A stretch of DNA of 64,000 nt from Macrostomum lignano (lineage: Eukaryota). The stretch is from assembly GCA_002269645.1 (NCBI GenBank), contig NIVC01001315.1:186001-250000 (forward strand), given 5' to 3'. The position numbers and the translations under genes are program-made. The notes under the pieces were generated by a model. The model worked only from the letters and a program-made list of their open reading frames with translations. It did not search any database and was not told the DNA's origin. Within the stretch, counting starts at the first letter, position 1; each line of letters begins with the position of its first letter. This document shows positions 11,162 through 22,487 of this stretch, in pieces.

Positions 11162-11582
11162 TCAATGATATTGTCCGTCGTGCAGATGATGGCCATGTCC
11201 GTCGTGCATGTGATGGTCATGTCCGTCGTGCAGATGATGGTCATGTCCGTCGTGCATGTGATGGTCATGTCCGTCGTGCGGATGATGGTCATGTCCGTCG
11301 TGCGGATGATGGTCATGTCCGTCGTGCGGATGATGGTCATGTCCGTCGTGCAGATGATGGTCATGTCCGTCGTGCGGATGATGGTCATGTCCGTCGTGAA
11401 TGTGATGGTCATGTCCGTCGTGCGGATGATGGTCATGTCCGTCGTGCGGATGATGGTCCGTCTTGCCGGGTCCTCAGTTGATTCCTCAGCAGCATTTCGC
11501 CAGCGCTGAGGGCCTCCGTGCTGACCGCCAGCGCTGCCAGGCTCGTCACAACGAATGTTAGGATCGCGATAGTCGATGTCAT
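11162..11582 (-). CDS. His-rich secreted peptide, paralogue 1 (one apparent +1 frameshift at 11455-11456)
   Basis: ATG at 11582 gives signal-like MTSTIAILTFVVTSLAALAVSTEA, then LSAGEMLLRNQLRTRQDG. Removing one C gives HHPH(DGHDHHxH)x~11 DGQYH* with TGA at 11164-11162. The N-terminal motif matches paralogue 2. Confidence 0.65.
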
Positions 11583-12044
11583 GCTGGCGGTTGATCGAGC
11601 TTGCTGGTACGAGGCTGCAACTTGAGAGTATTTGCCCACCACTTGCTTTGGCTGTCGCTTGCTCACTAAACCTGAGAGGCTGCCCCAACCACCGCTCCGG
11701 CCTGTGGCCTCTTATGCTGTGCTGCGGCAGTGTCACTTTCGTCTGTGGCTGAAACCGTTGGCCTGTAGGCGCAATTTCTCAAGCTTAAGGCCTGAACTGT
11801 TATGCCGAGCAAAACTTTTGGCCATAGACTATTATCTGCTTGTCCGTAGCTGGATCGCTGAATTCAGAAAAGTACAACGATTCAATATAGCTGGTACGCA
11901 CGCGATCCATCTTGATCATTTAGTATCTGGGCCCGCTTGTACTTTTAGTCAACATCAAGAATTCGCTTTTTTGTCATACTCGTAGATTTAAAGACTGGGT
12001 GGTTTTCCAAATAATAGTGGCTAACAAATAAATCTGTCATTCTA

Positions 12045-12262
12045 TCCACTGGTCTTTGCCTTTATCCACTGGTCCTTGCCTCTTATCCACTGGTCCTTGC
12101 TTCTATCCACTGGTCTTTGCCTCTATCCACTGGTCCTTGCCTCTTATCCACTGGTCCTTGCTTCTATCCACTGGTCTTTGCCTCTATCCACTGGTCCTTG
12201 CCTCTTATCCACTGGTCCTTGCCTCTTATCCACTGGTCCTTGCCTCTATCCACTGGTCTTTG
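12045..12262. repeat. Minisatellite, ~10 copies of a 20-22-bp unit CTATCCACTGGTC(C/T)TTGCCT
   Basis: Direct tandem copies. Confidence 0.9.
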
Positions 12263-12299
12263 CTTTTTCTATCCATACAAGAACAACAAGAAAATGGGA

Positions 12300-13560
12300 C
12301 AAAGCGCCGAGTGCGCGCCAGTCTTCGCCGGTAGGGTGCCTGCAGCGTCACCCAGCAGCACCTGCACCAACGGCTGTGGGCAGTACCACTCAACGCGGAT
12401 GATATGGCCTGCCAGGCAGATTCGGCGATGGCACAAAAAGTTTGTCATTAATTTGTTTAATGAGGGACTGATTATTTCCTGATATTTATCTGCAGTCTTT
12501 ACCTGAGCTGCAGGCGAAGCTAGCGTTTGACCTAAGCTGCGATATCATTGCACCGCAGGAGGTGTCTATCAAGGCTGACCTGGGACTTCACCATGAGGAC
12601 CTGGGCGCTGGAGGGACCTTCGGGGCCGTATAGGAGTTGGAGCGCTGATCGAACCGAGGCTGTCGCCTCGTCGTTCCGGCGACACTGCAGATGGGCAACA
12701 GAATGAGCTGCACGAATTCTTCGCCGCCATCGTGAACGCGCTGACACTCCCGCTGCCAGACAATCCGACGCTGTCGGAGACGCCGCCGGATACAGCCCGA
12801 GACACCGTCGCCGGAGGAGGAGAGCTTTAGCATAGTCCCGGTAAGCACAGCCGACGTTTTGAGGCTTGCCCAATTGTCGCCGGGCAGGAAAGCGCTGGGT
12901 ACTGACACTAGTTAAGTCGCCAGAGTAATGAACCGGCCGCGTGCTCTTCGGCTAGGATCGGCGCCCAACGAATGGACCACGGAATACATCGCAGCTATTC
13001 CTCAGAAGCCGCGCATCACAACCTTGAGGAGTATCAGCTAGGGCATCTGCCTTCGGTCGTGGAGTAGTGGCGCAGATTCTGGCTTTTCGCTGAGGCATCG
13101 AAGAGGCGCGGATACGCTAGCAGATCCTGATGTTATCTTGGGGATTCGCAGATACAGATTTACAGATTTGTGGATTATGTATTCGTCGGTGGATAAGTAC
13201 ACGTGCTGCGCTCCCAATAATGGTGCCAAATCAGCTGGTTTCCGCCATCATGGCGATGTGCTGTGACACGAAACTGCGTGTCAACACCGGACGGCCAATC
13301 GAGACCGTTCTGCTTTACAAAGCCGAGGCTTCTGGACGCTGACAGCTGTGGACTCAATCGAATAGCCAGATCAAGCGGCGCACGCTGGCCTGCTACTCGT
13401 CGACTTCAAGATCGGCGACAAACGAGTTCCAACGCGGCACCTGCACTGTATCATCGCACCGGCCCAGAGCGTCCAAGCGACCTGTTGTGCCATCGGCGAC
13501 TCCAACTGGTTTTATGTTTCTGTCAATGGTCGTTCCTTCTATTAACTTATAACTAATCCT
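12300..13560 (-). pseudogene. GC-rich degenerate coding-like segment of unknown family (helical/TPR-like fragments)
   Basis: Exon-like composition. Fragments such as QDLLAYPRLFD and YRDYAKALLLRRRCL...SALQLLYGPEGPSSAQV lie in different frames with stops. No intact gene model found. Confidence 0.3.
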
Positions 13561-14029
13561 TTCCACTATCCCCAGCTCCATCAACAGTATTCAGGGCCTC
13601 GCGACTATGGCAATTTAAATATAATTTAAACGCAAGAACTGACACAGCATTTTTTTTGATTTAAATTACAGATTTCTGATTTAATTTTCTCAATTTGCTT
13701 CAATTTCTTATTTATTTCAAGTGCATCGATACCAGAATCAAAGCAAATAATTGGTTAGCTTCAACATGCACGACTGATTAGCAGTTTGCAACAGATGTAA
13801 TCATGCAATAGCGGACACTAGAATTGAAATAAAAGGCGGAAAGATGCTTAGATGAAGGTGCGATCAATATAGAGTTTTCTGTTGTGTTAGGATTATGATT
13901 TGTGTGTGGATAATTGGACTGATTGGCTTACGCACAATAACAAGTGGATTAGAGGAAGCGGAATAAAACTTTGACATGCGAATGTCTTTCACGTTTCAGT
14001 CTTCTGGCTTGAATTCAGTGACCACGATA

Positions 14030-14389
14030 TTAGTGATGATGGTCGTCATGGTGGTGATGACCGTCATGATGATGGTGATGACCGACATGGTGGTGGTGAT
14101 GGTCGTCATGTTGATGGAGATGACCGTCATGGTGGTGATGATGGTCGTCATGGTGACCGTCATGTTGGTGGTGATGGTCGTCGTGGTGGTGATGACCATC
14201 ATAGTGGTGGCGATAGCCTTCATGGTGGTGGTGATGACCGTCATGGAGGTGGTGATGGTCGTCATGGTGGTGGCCGTCATTGGCTAGTTCGAAGAGCATC
14301 TCGCCAGTACTGATGGCGTCTGCCTTGGTCAGCAGGGCAGCGGCGCTCATCAGGCCGACTGCCAGAAGTGCGATCAAATACGAGCTCAT
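14030..14389 (-). CDS. His-rich secreted peptide, paralogue 2 (119 aa, single exon)
   Basis: ATG start; signal-like MSSYLIALLAVGLMSAAALLTKADA; ISTGEMLFELAN; then ~80 aa of H/D/G repeats (DGHHHDDHHH); TAA stop. Confidence 0.8.
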   Translation of the reverse strand: MSSYLIALLAVGLMSAAALLTKADAISTGEMLFELANDGHHHDDHHHLHDGHHHHHEGYRHHYDGHHHHDDHHHQHDGHHDDHHHHHDGHLHQHDDHHHHHVGHHHHHDGHHHHDDHHH

Positions 14390-15351
14390 TGCTGTAGCGG
14401 CGTTTCGGGTGGTCCTATGCCAGTGAAAAACGTGGTGCTCTCGTATCTAGCAGATTCGGAAATTAGCTCAAATGCTGCAGCAGCTCTCACTTAAACTGCT
14501 GCGCTTGAGACTCAGCCCATCGAACCTGTCTCCACAGTCCAGTTTTGTTTGTGTAAAAAAACCCTGGCGTTGATGCCACAAATACGTATATGGCAATGAA
14601 ACGAAATTAACTAGTGGCTTCTTTAAACAGATATTTGTTTTTTTCAATGTATTTTTAAAATTAATAGACTTTAAGAAGCAGCACACCTGAGAACTGCTGA
14701 TGTCCCCCATTGCTTAGTTGTATCAGATGTATGTAAATTAGGCATGCAAAACCATTTAACAACAACAACGCATGATTTGCTCATGAATTCGTATGCACTG
14801 TGCCAGTAAGCCAGATGGCCATTTATGCACAGCTGAGTGTGTTTTGCACACGCACCTTACATACATAGAGTGGAGCTATGATGGCTGAATGATGATCATG
14901 TTCTGACTTTATCTTTCACTTAATGACGAGGCAAAATCTAAAATTTACTATATAAACCAGAATAATTGCATGGTTCTACAACAGTACCTGTGTGGGAAAA
15001 TGACAACCATCAATTTAGCACAGCTGTATACAGTGTGTACGTATTTTCAATTCACAAATATGAATTATTTGATAAATAATTATGAAGAATTTTCCCCATT
15101 TCGGCTAGCTACTGTATTCCTTATTTAATTATTTAGAGACAAGACAAGCCTCGAAGAATGAAATATAGCCCAAAAGAATCGGTAACATAGCTTCCGTAGC
15201 TTAGAAACTATAGAAGACAGCAGTGAAACCAGAAATTTTCGTTCAAGAAACAGATAGTTTTGAGCCTGGAAAATGAAACAACAAAATGAAAAGTTTCAAA
15301 CTGATTCTCACTGTTCTAGAATCGGGAATAAGCCAATCCTGATAAGATAAC

Positions 15352-16189
15352 TGTGACGTTGTCAGTTTAAGGTGGTCCCGAAAAGGGCCGTTGGACTGCT
15401 GTTTCTTTATAGTTTCAACCCTTCAGTTTCACCGTTTCAACTAAACTTTTCCATTTGTTTATTGCGACGTTTACTTGTAGTAGTGCCCAACGATTTGTGG
15501 CAATTTCTAATTCACTGTATATTTTGCTATCCTCTCTCGCGACCGTATAAAATTGGCACGATCGATAATTTCAAGTTCTCTCGCCAGCCAATGAAAACCA
15601 CTCGTGCTTCGCGCTCCCCCCCTCTGCGCTCCTTTATTAAACCCCCCGCCTGGCGGCGGGCACTCCTCACTCTTCCTCGTCTCCCTGCTCGTCCCTGTTC
15701 TTGTGTTCTGTGTTCTCTCTCCTTAGGCTTGCCTCCGTCCCGTCTGGCTTGCCTAGCCTTGTCTAGCCTTGTTTTCCTTCTCCCTGTCTGGCTGCCTCGA
15801 GCCTCCTTACCTCAAGCCACGGCTGACGCCAACTTCGCCACTGCTCATCCGCCTGCCTACTACGTCTCACTGCCTTCACTGTACTCATTGCCATTGATCA
15901 TCACGTTACGTCGCCATTATATCACTCGTCTGTCGCTTGAACTCGCATCCAATTTACCTTAAAAGAAACCATTGTTGCAGCCGCCAGTGCCCAGAAAGCA
16001 ATAGTTTGTTATTTGCCAGTAACAACCAAACTTACTATTTACATTGATAATAAAAACGACTACGGCAGTTTCCTGCCCTTATTGCCAAGTGCTCCGCTAC
16101 ACCATCCACTTCGCCTAAGTTGACTTCAACTTATTTTGGGACTAAAACGGCCCTTTTAAGGGTCACGGCCAACATCAAATAACGTGACA
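15352..16189. mobile_element. Solo LTR (838 bp) with 5-bp TSD
   Basis: Begins TGTGACG and ends CGTGACA. ATAAC flanks both sides (15347-15351 and 16190-16194). Subterminal inverted AAAAGGGCCGTT/AACGGCCCTTTT. Confidence 0.8.
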
Positions 16190-16866
16190 ATAACAATCAG
16201 AATCTGCTAGCGTATCCGCGCCTCTTCGATGACTTGGCGAAAAGCCAGGATCTGCACCACTACTCCACGACATTAAGACAGTATAGGCAGATGCGCGCCC
16301 TGATAATCGTAGAAAATAAAAACATTTTGGTGGATTGTTTAGTATAGTAGGTAAACGGAGTGGAATAATGGTCAGACACTCGTGCGCTAACGCACAGCGA
16401 TGGTTGAATGGATTAATAATTATATAATGGATATAGCTCGTAATTATTTATCCATTAAAGTATAGTTATACACAAAGTATAGAGCGGTCACGTGCTGCGA
16501 CCGCTGATTCTTTAGCATTGTTTTTCTGGATTGTTCTGCATAAAATGTGCAAACAACGATCGTCAAATTGCTAAACAATACATTGCAATGCATAAAAATG
16601 TGAATAGCTAGCTAATGATCGTCAAATTGCTCGAAAATGTATGAATAAAATTAAACACTTCATTCTCCAACATTTTTGAAACAATTGTCGATCACCACAT
16701 TTAAATTTTTTTAAAATCAAACAAAAATGAAAAACCAAGTCTGCTAATATACTTCTAGGCTTTCCAAAATTATAAGTAAAAGGTTTTAGGGCCTATCTAT
16801 CTTTAAAAAATCATTCTTAAAATAAAATTATCAAAAAACGGAATTCAGTCAAATGCTGCTGCAGAT

Positions 16867-17508
16867 GGGGGGGGGGTTTTCACAAACTCGAAATTTCACA
16901 ACGTCGAAAGCACCTTCTTTCACAAGGTCGAAATTCACAAGGTCGAAATTTCATAACATCGAAAACTCAAATAGCAGCCACTTTCACAAGGTCGAAACTT
17001 CACAAGGTCGAAATTTCACAACATCGAAAACTTTAGCAAAGGACTTCATAAGGTCGAAAATTCACAAGGTCGAAATTTCACAACATCGAAAAGTCGAAAA
17101 GCAGCCACTTTCTACAACGTTTTTCTACAACGTAGAAAACTACTGTATGGTTCTTGATAGATAAAATTTTCGACTTTGTGAAATTTCGAGCTTATGAAGT
17201 TTCGACCTTGTGAAAGTGGCTGCACTTGAGTTTTCGATGTTATGAAATTTCGACCTTGTGAAATTTCGACCTTATGAAATCTCTTGCTAGATTTTTCGAT
17301 GTTGTGAAATTTCGACCTTGGGAAGTTTCGACCTTGTGAAAGTGGCTGCTATTTGAGTTTTCGATGTTGTGAAGTTTCGACCTTGTGAAAGTGACTGCTA
17401 TTTGAGTTTTCGATGTTGTGAAATTTCGACCTTATGAAATTTCGACCTTATGAAGTCTCTTGCTAAAGTTTTCGATGTTGTGAAATTTCGACCTTGTGAA
17501 AGCACCCC
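16867..17508. mobile_element. Foldback/MITE built of inverted arms of short tandem subrepeats (TTTCACAAGGTCGAAA / TTTCACAACATCGAAAA)
   Basis: Left arm repeats are the reverse complement of right arm repeats. G-rich terminus versus AGCACCCC. Flanking direct repeat CTGCAGAT at 16859-16866 and 17509-17516. Confidence 0.8.
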
Positions 17509-18726
17509 CTGCAGATTATGATCTTGGAATTCTTTGAATTCTTGTTAAAGGCATCAGAGGTCAGGACACATATTCTTTCCAATATATTTAATCCCCTTAG
17601 CATGTCATAATCTCTTAGGCTTAGCCGCGGCATAGGTACCTAATTCTGCAAAAGTTCTCACCAAGTTGGCAAATCGAAACAAAACAAAACTGAGTTGAAA
17701 CATCTATATCTTTTGCACATATCCCAACTACAGGCCTAATGCGATCACACTCATACGTCTTGACAATTATCATATAGTAATAGAATGGCATGGGTGCAGT
17801 TGAATACGTCGTGCTACTTATTAAATAAATATCTGAGAAAACTCGTGGCGAGCTACCAATCTATTTGATCTTTTACTAATCAGTCTTATTAAAGGTAAGC
17901 CTTAGTAGGGTCAAGGTACTCGTACTCTAGGACTAGTGTTCCGCCGTAATTACGGATACGATTACGGAAAACTACGGGGCGGGAACAAAACTGCCGTAAT
18001 TTTGGTTACGGATTACGGTTATTGTTGAAAGGGGCAGTTACGGAACGACTATGGGATTACTGCCAGGAGGACGCTTTTCACGAATTTTCCCGTAGCGTAA
18101 TTGAAGTTAAATTTTTTCAATACGAATTGTTGCATTTCTTCTTGCAAAAAGTATAAAGTATAATATTTAAAAAATTAAATCTCTAATTTTTTGCCTGTCG
18201 TGTTTGAAATGAAATACAAGTTACCATGGTAGTTTGTTTAAATCGAGAAATAATGTTCGCATTTTAATAAAGTGACTTTGGGCCTTCCAATTTAAAATGT
18301 ACTAGATTGAACGCGATTCGTGAGACGTGAACGGGTGGTAAACCTGACATGATTTATTGGATTGGGGATTAGCTATTTGATTTTTATAAACTTTAAATGT
18401 CAACTTTTTTGCTCTGTAGTTGGAGTTTTCAATTTTATACCCTCTTTTTGTCTCGTTTTTGAGAAACAAGCACTCTATGATGTGATATGTGTTTATGTTG
18501 CATATTGAAAATTAAATTGCCAGTTTTGAAGATCTCGACAATCTATGGGAAGGTAGTTTTTACATGTGGTACGTGTTACAAATCTACATGTTTTTTTACA
18601 TCGTTTTCCTTACTATGTCTATTCCTAATTTTTGTTATATTACGGCTACAGTTGTCAGTTACAGGAAACTAGGTGATTATAGAGAAGTGGGCACCAAAAT
18701 GGCAGTAAAATATGGGTACAGTTAGG

Positions 18727-21609
18727 CCATAGTTCGGAAGAGGGCATGTACGCCGGAAATTTCCGGGGTACAGTCAAGAAATTTGGCGTACATGTTGGCG
18801 TACAAATAGTAATTTTCTAAGGCTTTTGGCGTACATGTTTAACCATGATTACTAATTTGGTGTGTAACATGCACCAAAAAATAAAAAATTCGTAACCTAG
18901 TGAAATCAATAACAGTTACAAAGTCGTTCATTATGCATTTACTGTAAAATTTCACGATTGATGCAGAACTGACTTCCGTGTTTTTTGCTTGTGGTGAAGT
19001 TGTAATTTTAACAAAAAATGCACAAATTTTACTTAAATTTTATAAATAAACTGTTGTACATATAAATCTGTCACTTTTTAATAGTTCTTGCTGATAAATA
19101 AAAAAGTTACTTTCCGTTTTCAACATTGACAATTTAAAATTAAATATCGATATCACTAGTCCAGCTAGGTAATGTTTTTATCGGGCCGTTTTGGGCTGAG
19201 ACATTTGATATTCCTGATAGATACAACTCCGGACATTCATTTAGGTTGTATCGGACTCAAATGCGCGAGTCATCCCAACCTTCGCGGCCCAGCGCGGTTC
19301 CTTGGATGCCCGTCAAAACGGCCACACGCGGAACGGCCACACGACAAAACGGCCACACCGTTAAAACGGCCACACGACAAAACGGCCACATAAAACAAAA
19401 AGGGTTGCAGATCGACTGCTCATGAGATCCAGCTCATGACATCAAAATGCAAAAGAAGTGAATGCATTGAGATATTGTGAAATTTATGTAGGCCGAAAAG
19501 GATCCGAAAGGAAGCACCAGAGAAGCGAAGACGAAATTGTATTTTATGGAGCGACCAGCAGTTATGCAAATTTTTAAAAGATGCTAAAATAGTTATGTAA
19601 GAAAGTTAAAAAATGCTAAAATGGTTCACAAAGTATCACAAAGTAAAATTTACCACAAAAGTTAAAAAGTTAGGAGCTTGAATGTCACTCGAAGCTGCAC
19701 TAAAAAATTCCCGTTGCAATCATCTCCAGCAGCTGCATGCTCTCAGCAGTGATCTCCTGCGCCTGAAATCGGCTCCATGCCTGGATCACACAGGCGTGCG
19801 TTCGTTGGCAGCTTTTCTTCTGTCGGCGGTACAACTTGCCGTGACTAAGTAGCTTTCGCTGAGCTGGCACGACTTTGACCTCCTCGATCGATCTGCAAGC
19901 AGCTGCAGTAGCTGGTACAGAGGGTACTGGCCATGCCGGCGTCCTCTTGTATTAATCCTCTGGTGCCAGCCTTCAACGTCGTTGTTAGTTCGGATGGCGA
20001 GTGCAAAGGTTCACCACGTGGACGGTGGAAATGTGGCTGTTGCCGTGATCCAATTGCGCTCTACGTACTCGAGCCACTCTCCCAAAGGCCCATTCAGGTG
20101 AGCAGGTGAGCAGGCAGATCGCAGCTGTTCGAAGTTTGGCAGAATATCATTTGATGGCAGGTAAGCCAGGGCCATCACCTTTCTGCAGAATCTGCGCAGT
20201 GAGTAGGACACTGCGTAGCTGCGTGCAAGGCCAAGCTGCTGCAGATGGCGATACAGTGCTTGGCAACTCGAAGTCGATGGTCTTTGGTTCTTTTGGTCGA
20301 TCTTTTTGTCTGGCTCGCTGCACCATCCGAACCAGAGCAGCTTGGCTCCGAGACCCGTCGACTCCAGCAGGGTCTGATGCCTGCCTGTAAAATGGTAAAT
20401 TTTGATTGATTGACTGACTGATTGATTGATTGATTGATTGACTGATCGATTGATTGATTTACCTAGCTTCAACAATTTCCGCAGCTGGATGGAATAGCTG
20501 CCGCTTGCCATCTGCCTTCAAATCGCGCCACAATGCCACCTGCTCAGCTGTGACGCCAGGTGCGAAGTGGTTGTGCTCGGCGCGATTATTGGTGAAAGTG
20601 CCACCACTCTCAATAACACTTGCTGAGCAGTTCCTGATGCTGCACCTCCAGTACCTCTTCTTCGCTCGTCGGAATTTTTTAACGAAAGTGAATCCAAGAT
20701 TGGAAATCAGAGTGGCCTTGCCCTTCTGTGATCCTTCTTCTACTACAACAAAAGCCTCTTCCTCTTCTTCCAGTACTGTTGAAAGCTCCAGCTCAATTGT
20801 TGGTTCGTCAATGCCAACATCCAATTCCGTGCTATGCAACGGAAACAAGCTGTCTACAAGTGTCTCAGAGTCAGCCTCGAGGCCTGAAATGTAGAGAATT
20901 GGAATGTAGAAAAAAATCTGCTTTAGCTCAACTTCACATGCATCGACTTACCTAAACCTTCTGTAACAACTTCAGGTGCGTCAGATGCTGGTAACCTTAT
21001 TCGCAAACGTAAGGCAGGTCGCTCCTCAGCAGCTAAGCTGGGTTCCGCTGCCGCACTGTGCTCAGCAGCTAAGCTGGGTTCCGCTGCGGCACTGTGCTCA
21101 GCAGCTGAGCTGGGTGCTAGCAGGCAATTTGGACAAAACCATGGCATCGTCTCATTCTTCATGGCATTGTAGCAGCAGATTTACAATAATTACCAATTAC
21201 AGTTAATTCAAATAATTACAACTATAACAGCATACTATAAATAGCAACTCACCTTTCAGACAAAGTCGATGCAGTGCCATCTGCTGCAGCGATCGCAGCA
21301 CAATGCATGCTGGCGGGGTCTGACTCTAAGTAGACACTTTGGACAACTGTCGTCCATTGTTAAAAATGAAAAATGAAAAAAAAAATTATTACATCGTGTG
21401 GCCGTTTTGTCGTGTGGCCGTTTTGTCGTGTGGCCGTTCCGCGTGTGGCCGTGTGGCCGTGTAAATGTAATATATTTACATAGAAGACAAATTTAATAAC
21501 TGCACTGTAAACGACAACGTCACAAAGATACATGGCGTACATCGGCGTACACAAAAAAAATTGGTAGTTTTTTTTTTCCGGGGTACATACAGAGTGTTCC
21601 GAACTATGG
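18727..21609. mobile_element. Non-autonomous DNA transposon (hAT/P-like, 13-bp TIR, 8-bp TSD) hosting a MULE
   Basis: TIR CCATAGTTCGGAA / TTCCGAACTATGG. TSD CAGTTAGG at 18719-18726 and 21610-21617. Subterminal GGCGTACA motifs at both ends. Confidence 0.85.
19304..21460 (-). mobile_element. Mutator-like element (MULE) with decayed PHD-FLYWCH-transposase gene and internal deletion
   Basis: Inverted arrays of AAAACGGCCACACGAC at 19304-19392 and 21395-21460. PHD CPKC...ALCCDRC..W.HRLC...WFCPNC; FLYWCH FTFVKK...YWRCSIRNC...EHNH; QALYRHLQQLGL...ALAYLP...YVERNW; RTNNDVEGWH after an in-frame TGA at 20011-20013. The right terminus appears truncated. Confidence 0.85.
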
Positions 21610-21741
21610 CAGTTAGGCAACTTAATTTGTTGTATGGCCAATACCCGCAAAGCACATTGCTGTGCTTGTGTTGCTTGCACTTGCAAGTTGCTAATTATAT
21701 GTTACTGGAAAATATTTGGTAGGTAATGACAAATTGACAAC

Positions 21742-21932
21742 CAGGGACAGATCCAGAAAGGGAGGGCCAAGGGGTAGGGGGGCCATGGCCATCATGGCTC
21801 CTCTCAGCTGCAGCCAAAAAAAATTTGGTCATTTTTTGGCCTGCTACTATGCCAGGTCTATTTTCAAATATAGGGTTATAGTGCTTGGTATAGCTTAGCC
21901 CCTTCCTCAAAAATTTTCTGGATCTGCACCTG
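21742..21932. mobile_element. Short hAT-like MITE (191 bp)
   Basis: TIR CAGGGACAGATCCAGAAA versus CAGGTGCAGATCCAGAAA. Degenerate TSD TTGACAAC / ATGACAAT. Confidence 0.6.
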
Positions 21933-22487
21933 ATGACAATAGGTTGGTTGTAATTTTGTATTGGTGTGTGAATGCCTTAAAAACTTTTCGCACTACACTC
22001 ATTAATACTGTTCTCCCTCTATAGGCTAGACAATCTATCAGAGCTAAAAATCCCTTATGATAATGAATTTTTTTCAAAAAAATGTTTATTTCTGGCACAA
22101 ATTTTCCTGAGTATTGCAGTACACTAGACTAATGTCAGGGTTCTGGATTGTAGAATAGTGTATACTGGAGCAAAAATCTTATTCTAAAGTTATAATCTAG
22201 AAAATAATCAAATAACTAAACTAAAGTTTTCAGTGATAAAAATTTTTTTAAATAATTTTTTTATATAATGTTGTTGATTTAATTGTATAATTTTTTATCA
22301 TTGACTCTTTATTTAATACTAAATTTGTCTTAAGTTTGCATAAAAATGTCAATATTAATATTTATATTATTCATATTAGTGTATTACATAATAATACATT
22401 TTATTAGTATTAAAATTTATATGCAATGCATTCCAAAATTTATATATTTTTTCTATGGCAAAACTTATAGGCCTCTGCTACCTATAT

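Noticed and set aside
11023-11509. Plus-strand ORFs (DGHVRRAD and Val/Met-rich repeats), also 13976-14287
   Set aside because: Antisense shadows of the His-rich genes; the minus-strand frames have signal peptides and a shared motif.
13175-13556. Kringle-like reading (TRNCVSTPDGQSRPFCFT) on the + strand
   Set aside because: Too few conserved Cys/Trp positions and no supporting gene structure; likely chance.
17933-18672. Possible hAT-like element bounded by CTAGTGTTCC / GGAAACTAG
   Set aside because: Only ~10 bp of imperfect inverted match and no TSD.
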